Of a DNA stretch of 64,000 nt, positions 56,858 to 64,000 are shown piece after piece. The notes below the pieces were generated by a model, which ran no database searches, was not told the origin of the DNA, and saw nothing but the letters and a program-made list of their open reading frames with translations. Each line of letters opens with the position of its first letter. Within the stretch, counting starts at the first letter, position 1. The position numbers and the translations under genes are program-made. The DNA comes from a virus, in the IMG/VR virus record IMGVR_UViG_3300018080_000121, positions 32,001-96,000 of that record, one strand, 5' to 3'.

Positions 56858-58011
56858 AAATGACGGAAAGAAAGCATGTAGCAAAGACGTTGAAGGAAGT
56901 TTTAGATCACCCAGTTATGAAAATGGTATTGGACAAGACAGTCCCTCCATTTGAGATTGTGAAGGCAGTGGAAGGTTGGTGGAGTTTTGATATGTACTCA
57001 AGGAAACCCGGACCAGCAATAGTAGATGGGATTTTCAAAGGTACCGATCTGGATCTCGCATGTTTCCTGATGACGATTGCGGAACGAGGCGCTGTGATCA
57101 ATATCCCTACGTATAAGTCGATGCGTCCAAAGACGATTAAGGAAGGTCAGAGAGTTTCGTCTTCTACCAATCGTCATGGTCCGATTGTGAATCTGACGTC
57201 CAACAAAGACGTTTTCTCATTTGGAATCAGGATCAAGGACGCCAATGTTATGACAACTGACAGTGTAGGAGATTATAGAACCTACTCACTTACCGATCCG
57301 TCAGGGACATGGTATAGTGGATGGAACCGGATTGAGTGGGATCCTTCTGCAGAAGAAAACAAATTCCTGTTCGAGAATTCATTGTGGACAGGAAACCGCG
57401 TTGTCTTTAAGAACTTTGTGCATCCCAACAGATGGACAAGTCTTTACGGTAAGCATTATTTTATTACTAAAGCTCTCATTGAGAGGCTTACCGATCAAGC
57501 GAAGGATTATTTCGCTCAGATGAAGAGAATGCAAAAGGCAGGAATCCAATTCCCAGAAACTGGTGATGGTGCGCCGACCAAGTGGCCAAAGCAAGATCGG
57601 GAACAAGGTAAGTCAGTTAAGTTTCGATCTCTACAAGTCGAGGTTGACATCCCGCCGTACGAGGGAGAATATCCAGTGTTTAAGGATACCCAGGAAGATT
57701 TGGTCAGGTTAGATGGATGGAGAAGACTTCTCAATAACTCCATTATTCCTAATCTCAGGTTTGCAACCAGGGCGACAGAGTTGGCTTTCTTCCTCCATGG
57801 TATACAAGACGGTGTTGAAAGAAAACCCGCATGGATCGCTGGAGGAACAAAGTGGGAGAAGGATTATGTACCAAAAGGCAAAAGAACCAAGTGGGATCGA
57901 CTTGTACTGCTCCAACCTAGTGTTGGTGAAAGAGCAGTCGCGATCCGGAAACGGATTCGTGAAAAGTCAGAAATTATGGCTATGGATTACCAAGGGGGAA
58001 TCAATGGATAA
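56854..58011 (+). CDS. Hypothetical protein (385 aa)
   Basis: Long ORF with AGGAGG RBS; no motif recognised. Confidence 0.75.
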   Translation: MKMTERKHVAKTLKEVLDHPVMKMVLDKTVPPFEIVKAVEGWWSFDMYSRKPGPAIVDGIFKGTDLDLACFLMTIAERGAVINIPTYKSMRPKTIKEGQRVSSSTNRHGPIVNLTSNKDVFSFGIRIKDANVMTTDSVGDYRTYSLTDPSGTWYSGWNRIEWDPSAEENKFLFENSLWTGNRVVFKNFVHPNRWTSLYGKHYFITKALIERLTDQAKDYFAQMKRMQKAGIQFPETGDGAPTKWPKQDREQGKSVKFRSLQVEVDIPPYEGEYPVFKDTQEDLVRLDGWRRLLNNSIIPNLRFATRATELAFFLHGIQDGVERKPAWIAGGTKWEKDYVPKGKRTKWDRLVLLQPSVGERAVAIRKRIREKSEIMAMDYQGGING

Positions 58012-58366
58012 ACAGACGTTGATCCAGTTGTATCTAAAAGAGAGGGAGTATGAGAAAAGAGTGTTTGGATCGTATGAGGACAATCCAAACCTCAACGTAG
58101 CAAGTTTCCTTCAGTTCATTGAAGAGACATTAGAGAAAGCAAAGTCGTCATACGCGAACAAATGGGAAAATAGTCTCCCTCCGTGGTTAATCGGGTGTAG
58201 AGAAGCAAAAAATAATACGGCTGCACCTGTCCTCACATATGAATATCTCATAAAAATTATGGCTTTAGCAGGCGCTGCTCTTGAAGCATATGCAGTAGTG
58301 AATGTTGATGAGTGGCGCCGTTTATTCGAAGTTAATCCAAAGTGGCAAGAGGAGGATATTACATGA
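58004..58366 (+). CDS. Possible MazG-like all-alpha NTP pyrophosphatase
   Basis: ER.Y.K..FG..FIEE..YLIKIMALAGAALE resembles the MazG-like EL(I)qvAAva.aaiE helix; ATG at 58004. Confidence 0.45.
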   Translation: MDKQTLIQLYLKEREYEKRVFGSYEDNPNLNVASFLQFIEETLEKAKSSYANKWENSLPPWLIGCREAKNNTAAPVLTYEYLIKIMALAGAALEAYAVVNVDEWRRLFEVNPKWQEEDIT

Positions 58367-58665
58367 TCAAGGACCAAGACGGGAATGAAGTTCCCGAAGA
58401 AGTAGTAGAACAAATCAAGAGTTCTATTGAAGTGCCAAGACTCACAGGTGAAGGTGATCTTACTGTTGAGAATAGCAACAGTGTAGACCTAGGGTCTGAT
58501 GCGAAGAAAGTTGAGGAACCCGAACCAGAGGAGAAGGAGAAACAAGAAACTCCGCTACCTTCTATTGGTGACAAATTCATGCTGAACGGTCACGAGTATA
58601 AGGTGGTATATATTAATGAGGGTAAGCGAAGATTCTCTTGCGTACCTTGCAAGGGGGTGTACTAG
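58363..58665 (+). CDS. Hypothetical protein (acidic N-terminus, SH3-like C-terminus)
   Basis: PSIGDKFMLNGHEYKV; ATG at 58363 after GGAGG. Confidence 0.6.
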   Translation: MIKDQDGNEVPEEVVEQIKSSIEVPRLTGEGDLTVENSNSVDLGSDAKKVEEPEPEEKEKQETPLPSIGDKFMLNGHEYKVVYINEGKRRFSCVPCKGVY

Positions 58666-58683
58666 AAGGAGGGAATAGAAGAA

Positions 58684-59424
58684 ATGAACGATAATTTGGC
58701 TCAAATGATCGACGAGACCGACGTTCCTGTGCAAGAAGAAACAGCTCTTGATTTAGAGGATACAACTCCCTCTGAGCAGGATACTGAGGAAGAAGAAGAT
58801 CGACATGAGATTAGCACGGTCCCGTTGTCTGAATGGTTTTCTAAAAATCATCAGAACTTTCCGAATGTGAATCCGGTAAAGGTTTCAATTCGAGATGTTG
58901 ATCCAGATGCCACTTTGATATTCTCTGTGGAGAATACAAAAGATATAAAGAATGATGAGGGTCGTCTGGTGAGAGAGATTGAAATCTTTAAGAAGGCGAA
59001 GACATTTCCTGTACTGAATCTTCCAGGTCATACAATGAATGTCTTCAATAACGGGTTCGTAATTGTGTATGATTGCGGTCAGGGAAGATTCTTGAAGTGT
59101 TATGGCGTCAAGACAGGTTTGATTACACAGTATTGTATCAGTGTTGATGGAAGTTTGATTCCGTATTCCAAGACAAAATTGAAAAAGAAAGATACTGGTC
59201 TTGATATGGTCGAACCAGATATGACTGCTATTCAAGAGAGTCTTGGAAACGAACTGGATGCAGAAGGTTTGCAAATCCAGTATAAGCAAGTACAAAAGTC
59301 AATTGATGACATTACCACAAAGGCGGATGCAATTAAATGGATGACTGACAAAGCGAAGGAAGTCACTGATATTAACCATTTGATGCAGATCGACGATGTG
59401 TTGATGTGGTTGGCGTCATCCTAG
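58684..59424 (+). CDS. Hypothetical acidic protein
   Basis: 246-aa ORF with GGAGG RBS. Confidence 0.7.
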   Translation: MNDNLAQMIDETDVPVQEETALDLEDTTPSEQDTEEEEDRHEISTVPLSEWFSKNHQNFPNVNPVKVSIRDVDPDATLIFSVENTKDIKNDEGRLVREIEIFKKAKTFPVLNLPGHTMNVFNNGFVIVYDCGQGRFLKCYGVKTGLITQYCISVDGSLIPYSKTKLKKKDTGLDMVEPDMTAIQESLGNELDAEGLQIQYKQVQKSIDDITTKADAIKWMTDKAKEVTDINHLMQIDDVLMWLASS

Positions 59425-59446
59425 ACGTCGACACCTCCTCCCATAA

Positions 59447-59475
59447 GGGCGGGTAGACTAGTCACCTACCCGCCC
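59447..59475 (+). promoter_or_regulatory. GC-rich 10-bp hairpin, no U-tract
   Basis: GGGCGGGTAG-ACTAGTCAC-CTACCCGCCC in the gap before the PolB-like gene. Confidence 0.7.
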
Positions 59476-59493
59476 GACTCCAAAAGGTGAAAT

Positions 59494-60216
59494 ATGGACA
59501 TAAACAAATCATGTCGCCTCGTCCTTCGGAATGTGTACTCATATGATATATCTTCTTGTCATTATGTAATTATGGAGAGGCTAGGATTTGATATGTCACA
59601 AATTCCAAAGGATGATAAGCAAGAAAGAAACACACAAATTGGAAAGTTAATGAGAGACAATCCTAGGTTGACCGCAGCTCTTAGGAACACGACAGAGTCA
59701 ACGATTAGTTCGTATCTTACATTGAATGGGATTAGTGAGGACGATCTAATATTGCGAGCATATGATGGGTTTGTTTCTAGTAAACTGTTGGAAAAAACAA
59801 CTTCACAATATATCCCACTAGAGTTACGTCATGTATTTGAGTACATGGTTATAGCATCTAATCGCCAGAAGTTTATAGCATGGGGAGGTGAATCTATCAT
59901 CAAAGGGGTTCCCCATAGATATGAGGCGATGGATAAGATGTTTACAAAACTCCTACTTCTTAGAAACACGGACAAAGAAGCAACATTTACAAGACTTCAA
60001 AAGATCAAAGACGAAGTCGTAATTGGAGATGATAAAGCTCTATTTTGCATTCCAATAAAAAATAAGAAGTTTATCATCTTCTTAAAGGGTTATGGGGAAA
60101 CTGAGATCTCAGAGTCATTAGTCAATTTAATTGACATATCTGATATTGACAAACAACGATATTATGACTTCTATCTTCGACCATTTTGTGAGTCGATTGT
60201 ATTAGAGGAAGCGTGA
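59494..60216 (+). CDS. Divergent family-B-like DNA polymerase palm fragment
   Basis: VYSYDISSCHY (cf. motif A DxxSlYP), TQIGKL, LILRAYDGFV (cf. motif C); only 240 aa. Confidence 0.55.
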   Translation: MDINKSCRLVLRNVYSYDISSCHYVIMERLGFDMSQIPKDDKQERNTQIGKLMRDNPRLTAALRNTTESTISSYLTLNGISEDDLILRAYDGFVSSKLLEKTTSQYIPLELRHVFEYMVIASNRQKFIAWGGESIIKGVPHRYEAMDKMFTKLLLLRNTDKEATFTRLQKIKDEVVIGDDKALFCIPIKNKKFIIFLKGYGETEISESLVNLIDISDIDKQRYYDFYLRPFCESIVLEEA

Positions 60217-60228
60217 AAGGAGGTTAAG

Positions 60229-60972
60229 ATGTGGTCATGTTTGAAGGACCAACTTCTAGCTATTCTCTGTGTAGTTCTATTTAGTTTCATGTGTGCTGCT
60301 TGCGATTCATACTCTGAGGGTGATGAGCTAGCAAACAAAGCATTTGAAAAAATGACTGAACAGGAGAAAACATACTACAGTAAAGTTCAAGACGCGTGGG
60401 GAGAGAAGTATCTCACATTTATAAGGGCTGCTATTCGAAAGAGAATGTACAAACCAGATGAGTCATCTATTCCGTTTGGAGATATTCCTAAACTTATAGT
60501 ATCTACAAATGATGTGACAATGACAATTGAAGAATCATGGACAGGAGACACAAGAAAGAGACGAGGCGCAAATAAGTTTAGTGAAATTGATGGTAGGTGG
60601 TATGACAAGATTCGAACTCTTGCTACAGGCGGCGAGAAGGAAGACTCTTGGAAGAAACAATCTTACAAACCTGCTAAACAAGAACCGCCGCCAGTTTCAG
60701 AACCAATGTATGTTGACTCGTTTGTAGTATCTTCACCGCCACCAAGGGTAGAGGAATTCGAAGAGGGTGTTCAATATGATATGGACGATCTTCTTCCTGA
60801 TGATGAATATCTGGATTTAAAACTACAGATTTCTAAATGTCCTTTGGCGAAGGCTTATCTGTCAAAGGTAGTGAGGAGTGGTCGACCGATTACCCTGAAG
60901 GATAGGGATGTAATGGTTGAAAAAGCTCTATATTGCAAGAGTGTTGCGTTGAACAATTCATTTGCGGAATAG
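60229..60972 (+). CDS. Predicted lipoprotein
   Basis: Hydrophobic signal LLAILCVVLFSFMCAAC followed by D; lipobox-like CAAC. Confidence 0.55.
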   Translation: MWSCLKDQLLAILCVVLFSFMCAACDSYSEGDELANKAFEKMTEQEKTYYSKVQDAWGEKYLTFIRAAIRKRMYKPDESSIPFGDIPKLIVSTNDVTMTIEESWTGDTRKRRGANKFSEIDGRWYDKIRTLATGGEKEDSWKKQSYKPAKQEPPPVSEPMYVDSFVVSSPPPRVEEFEEGVQYDMDDLLPDDEYLDLKLQISKCPLAKAYLSKVVRSGRPITLKDRDVMVEKALYCKSVALNNSFAE

Positions 60973-60984
60973 AAAGGATAAGGT

Positions 60985-61980
60985 ATGATTAAGGAAATCA
61001 AAACAAGTAAATATAGGATTTCATTTAACACAGAAACCGGGGAAGAAGAATTGGAAGGGATTAATGGAAACGACGATCCCTTTTCTCTGGAATTTCCGAG
61101 TATGCTGGACATTGGAATTATGGGTAGCTGTCCGAATAAATGTAAGATGTGTTACCAAGGAGATAAGGTGGAGCCACATATGACTCTGGATCTGTTCAAA
61201 CAAATCATTGACGAAGCAAAAGATGGTACATGTCAATGTGCGTTGGGTGGTCGTGGAGATCCAAATCTTCATCCGCAATTCGAGGAGATCATTAAATACG
61301 CATGTGAAAATGGTGTGATTCCAAACTACACTACCAGCGGTAATGGTCTTACAGATGAACAAATAGAATCATCCAAAAAGTATTGCGGAGCTGTTGCTGT
61401 TAGCGACTATGGAAAGGAGTTCACATTCTCAGCTTTAAACAGACTGATGGATGCAGAAGTCAAAACAAATATTCATCTAGTCTTTTCTGCGCCAAACTTC
61501 ATGAAGTCGATAGCCATTTTAGATGGTCAAGATGCATGGAGTGGTCGTGTCAATATAGAGAAGTTAAATGCTGTGATATTTCTCTTGTTTAAGCCACAAG
61601 GTCGTGGTAGAGATTTGGAGAAATGGATTCCAACTGATCTCATGCTGGAATTATTCAGCTATGGAATTGCACTTCCAAAAACGAAATTTAAAGTTGGGAT
61701 GGATAGCTGCTTAGTAAACCATATCATGAGGTTTAGAAAACTCAACAAGTTGGAACAGGAGTACGTTGACACTTGTGAGGGTGCAAGGATGAGTTGTTAC
61801 ATTACACCAGATGGGAGACTTGTTCCTTGTTCATTTGGAAACCATGATGAATATGGAAGTGATATTAAACATCACGGAATAAGGAGAGTATGGAATGACG
61901 GACTTGCATTCAAAGGATTCAGAAAGACTCTTAGATCAAGACCAAATCAATGCCCTTTTGAAACGGACGGTTGGCGTTAG
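60985..61980 (+). CDS. Radical SAM/SPASM-type enzyme
   Basis: DIGIMGSCPNKCKMCYQG, ALGGRGDP, PNYTTSG; C-terminal CEGAR.SCYITPDGRLVPCSF..CP. Confidence 0.92.
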   Translation: MIKEIKTSKYRISFNTETGEEELEGINGNDDPFSLEFPSMLDIGIMGSCPNKCKMCYQGDKVEPHMTLDLFKQIIDEAKDGTCQCALGGRGDPNLHPQFEEIIKYACENGVIPNYTTSGNGLTDEQIESSKKYCGAVAVSDYGKEFTFSALNRLMDAEVKTNIHLVFSAPNFMKSIAILDGQDAWSGRVNIEKLNAVIFLLFKPQGRGRDLEKWIPTDLMLELFSYGIALPKTKFKVGMDSCLVNHIMRFRKLNKLEQEYVDTCEGARMSCYITPDGRLVPCSFGNHDEYGSDIKHHGIRRVWNDGLAFKGFRKTLRSRPNQCPFETDGWR

Positions 61981-62167
61981 AGCAATTGGTCATGGGTTGA
62001 TTGGTCTTGGAAAAGGATTAGCTTCCCTTGGTATTTGCGCAGTAGCACTATATGTCATCAAATATCATTATGAAGATATAAGTCTATTTTGGACAGCGGT
62101 GATGGGAGGTGGTCTTATCGCGGGCATTTGGAAGTTTGATTGGGATTGGAATGGAGGGATATTTTAA
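61895..62167 (+). CDS. Small membrane protein
   Basis: AAGGAG ~8 nt upstream; two hydrophobic helices; 5' end overlaps the radical SAM gene by 86 nt. Confidence 0.5.
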   Translation: MTDLHSKDSERLLDQDQINALLKRTVGVRAIGHGLIGLGKGLASLGICAVALYVIKYHYEDISLFWTAVMGGGLIAGIWKFDWDWNGGIF

Positions 62168-62179
62168 AAGGAAAGAAAA

Positions 62180-62458
62180 ATGAAGAAAAAACTAGACTTT
62201 GTTACCAACAGTTCGTCATCCAGTTTCGTAATAAGTTTATGTGATCTATCTCCAGTCCAGCAATTTGCTATCATGAATTATAAAGATTTTTGTGAATGTT
62301 TGGGTTGGGATGATTTCTATATGGCTGGCGACGACAACTGGAACATCGTATCTGGCGTATCCGAAATAAAGGGTACTACTTTCATGGACAATTTTGATAT
62401 GTACCAGTTCTTCGAGAGACTTGGAATTGACATGGAGAAAGTGAGGTGGAGTTCATGA
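62180..62458 (+). CDS. DFVTNSS-motif family protein (4)
   Basis: MKKKLDFVTNSSSSSF. Confidence 0.8.
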   Translation: MKKKLDFVTNSSSSSFVISLCDLSPVQQFAIMNYKDFCECLGWDDFYMAGDDNWNIVSGVSEIKGTTFMDNFDMYQFFERLGIDMEKVRWSS

Positions 62459-62823
62459 GAAAGAGATTAGACTTTGTTACCAACAGCTCAACTTGTAGTT
62501 TTCTAATCGTTGGATGGGAGTTGCATAAAAGTCAACTTCCGGACAAATATAAAGACGAAGATGGTTACTTCGATTGGGAACGGACAATGGATGACCAGGA
62601 GAGATTACATATTGAGGTTATGTTAGGTCGTGAGATGGGCGCCAAAGATGACGACCATATGATTGTTGGTGTTGACTGGGGTGGTGGAGATATTGAAGAT
62701 GATACCAAAGAAATCGCTATGAAAGATCTCCTTGAAGTCCAAAACAATGGTGAAATCAGAGAACTTTTTGGGATTCCAAACGGCGTAGATGCGTCTGTAT
62801 TTTTCGGAATAAGGATGTGTTAA
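62455..62823 (+). CDS. DFVTNSS-motif family protein (5)
   Basis: ATG at 62455: MRKRLDFVTNSSTCSF. Confidence 0.8.
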   Translation: MRKRLDFVTNSSTCSFLIVGWELHKSQLPDKYKDEDGYFDWERTMDDQERLHIEVMLGREMGAKDDDHMIVGVDWGGGDIEDDTKEIAMKDLLEVQNNGEIRELFGIPNGVDASVFFGIRMC

Positions 62824-62824
62824 C

Positions 62825-63376
62825 ATGAAACGAAAAGCCGATTTCGTAACTAATAGTTCGAGTACATCATTTACATTTATATTCAAAGGAACTGATAAGA
62901 AACATCTCTTTGATCTTCTCCTAGCCAGAAAACAACTATTTGATCTACATTACGAGTCTGAGTGGGATGATGAAGGAACAGTTCATGAATGCACCGTAGA
63001 GGATGTGATTGCTGCACTTGACAAGTTCTTGAGTGGCAGACTCTCCAGTCTGGACTTTAGTGGAAAGGTTGAATATATCAATGACCTTCTAGCTAGGAGG
63101 ACTGCAGATATTCGATCTTGGGAAGAAATGTATGAGGATGATGTGGAGGATTGGGAGCAGAAGTGGATTACTGATAGTATCTCTGAGATAAAACAAATCA
63201 TCGGATTAATTAAGGGCGCTAAAGATCGAGGTCTTCTCTCAGTCGTTCAAATGGGTTTTGGAGATAACCACGGCGAAGTTTGGGGCGATGGACTCGGAGT
63301 CGTAATGGATTATAAAGGAAGGAGGATATTTGTGAATGACGACGATCTCGTCATATTTACAGAACAAAATAGGTGA
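62825..63376 (+). CDS. DFVTNSS-motif family protein (6)
   Basis: MKRKADFVTNSSSTSF. Confidence 0.8.
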   Translation: MKRKADFVTNSSSTSFTFIFKGTDKKHLFDLLLARKQLFDLHYESEWDDEGTVHECTVEDVIAALDKFLSGRLSSLDFSGKVEYINDLLARRTADIRSWEEMYEDDVEDWEQKWITDSISEIKQIIGLIKGAKDRGLLSVVQMGFGDNHGEVWGDGLGVVMDYKGRRIFVNDDDLVIFTEQNR

Positions 63377-63379
63377 TTC

Positions 63380-63745
63380 ATGAAAAAGAAAGCAGATTTC
63401 GTAACTAATAGTTCCTCAGCGTCATTTGTGATGATCTTGCAAGCTACAAATGAGAATATTGATGTTGAGGACTTTCGAAAGAACTTTAACGAGTACTTAG
63501 AACACTATATGAAAGAAACTACGTACTCAAGAGAAGGTAAGAACAACATGCACTTTTGGGAAGCACTCCAGGTTCATGCTGGAGCCGTTCCAGGTGTTTT
63601 CAAGGTGTTAGATGGTACGTCAATGTACAATTGTCAAGATGACATTCCAAGGTACATGAGAGATATGTTAGTGAGACATCACATTGGCGGATTTTTGGAT
63701 TACGGGTTTAAACTAATTGACTTTTCAGTCGAACGAGACAGTTAA
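63380..63745 (+). CDS. DFVTNSS-motif family protein (7)
   Basis: MKKKADFVTNSSSASF. Confidence 0.8.
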   Translation: MKKKADFVTNSSSASFVMILQATNENIDVEDFRKNFNEYLEHYMKETTYSREGKNNMHFWEALQVHAGAVPGVFKVLDGTSMYNCQDDIPRYMRDMLVRHHIGGFLDYGFKLIDFSVERDS

Positions 63746-63756
63746 AGGAGGAGAAA

Positions 63757-64000
63757 ATGGCGAACAAAAAACCCGCGCTACATGAAGTACTGGCTGTTGT
63801 TGGTGACCTCAAGGGAGCCAAGGATAAAATTAAGATTGAAACTGAGAACACATTCAGAAAGAATGTTTCTCTTTTCCAAGGATCTTCCAGACGACTCGAA
63901 ATGTTCGAGGACTCCAGAAAACAGGAGGAAATGTCTGAGTCCAAATCTCTTACCACTACGGTAATGGAGAAGCTGACTTACATGAAGAAATCCTTCATTA
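63757..64000 (+). CDS. 5' part of a hypothetical protein truncated by the window end
   Basis: ATG at 63757 after AAAGGAGG; MANKKPALHEVLAVVGDLKGAKDKIKIETENTF..., open to the end. Confidence 0.75.
   Translation, partial: MANKKPALHEVLAVVGDLKGAKDKIKIETENTFRKNVSLFQGSSRRLEMFEDSRKQEEMSESKSLTTTVMEKLTYMKKSFI

Noticed and set aside
1-64000. Minus-strand and alternate-frame ORFs in the six-frame track (e.g. 21403-22164, 43863-44519, 49974-50507)
   Set aside because: All are shadows of well-supported + strand genes, with no RBS or motif support.
1-64000. tRNA, tmRNA, rRNA or CRISPR array
   Set aside because: No cloverleaf with T-loop and CCA, no repeat-spacer periodicity seen; gaps are too short except 19.9-20.6 kb, which lacks those hallmarks. 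A by-eye scan could miss a divergent RNA.
1-64000. Stop-codon reassignment
   Set aside because: Conserved genes are uninterrupted in code 11 and end with TAA, TAG or TGA at expected positions.

Overview
A 64-kb segment of a jumbo-phage-type genome. Essentially all credible genes lie on the + strand, in standard genetic code, with strong GGAGG Shine-Dalgarno sites; no tRNA, rRNA, CRISPR array or IS element was seen. Layout: (1) 1-19.9 kb, virion/late module: KhpA-like KH protein, Cas4-like nuclease, baseplate/spike (gp53-like, gp5/VgrG-like), amidase, and a first multisubunit RNA polymerase (beta' split into two ORFs, intact beta) interleaved with small probable head-cargo genes. (2) 19.9-20.6 kb, a regulatory gap with promoter-like motifs and a 112-nt hairpin of 51 bp whose only non-Watson-Crick pairs are G.U on the + strand (candidate structured RNA). 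(3) 20.6-64 kb, replication/accessory module: SSB-like protein, MoxR-vWA pair, type IIA topoisomerase B and A, QueD, SF2 helicase, SbcD/SbcC, two radical SAM enzymes, a phage-encoded ubiquitin-like conjugation cluster (E2-D fusion, JAB, E1, HeH-Ubl ending in Gly, second E1-like, HPN-type E2-like), a second RNA polymerase (beta', beta), CoaD, FolE2, PRTase, a PolB-like fragment, and seven otherwise unrelated proteins sharing an N-terminal M-x3-x-DFVTNSS motif, four of them arrayed downstream of a radical SAM/SPASM gene. All product calls come from motif recognition by eye; no database search was run. Strongest leads: the Ubl conjugation cluster, the long G.U hairpin, and the FVTNSS/radical-SAM family.
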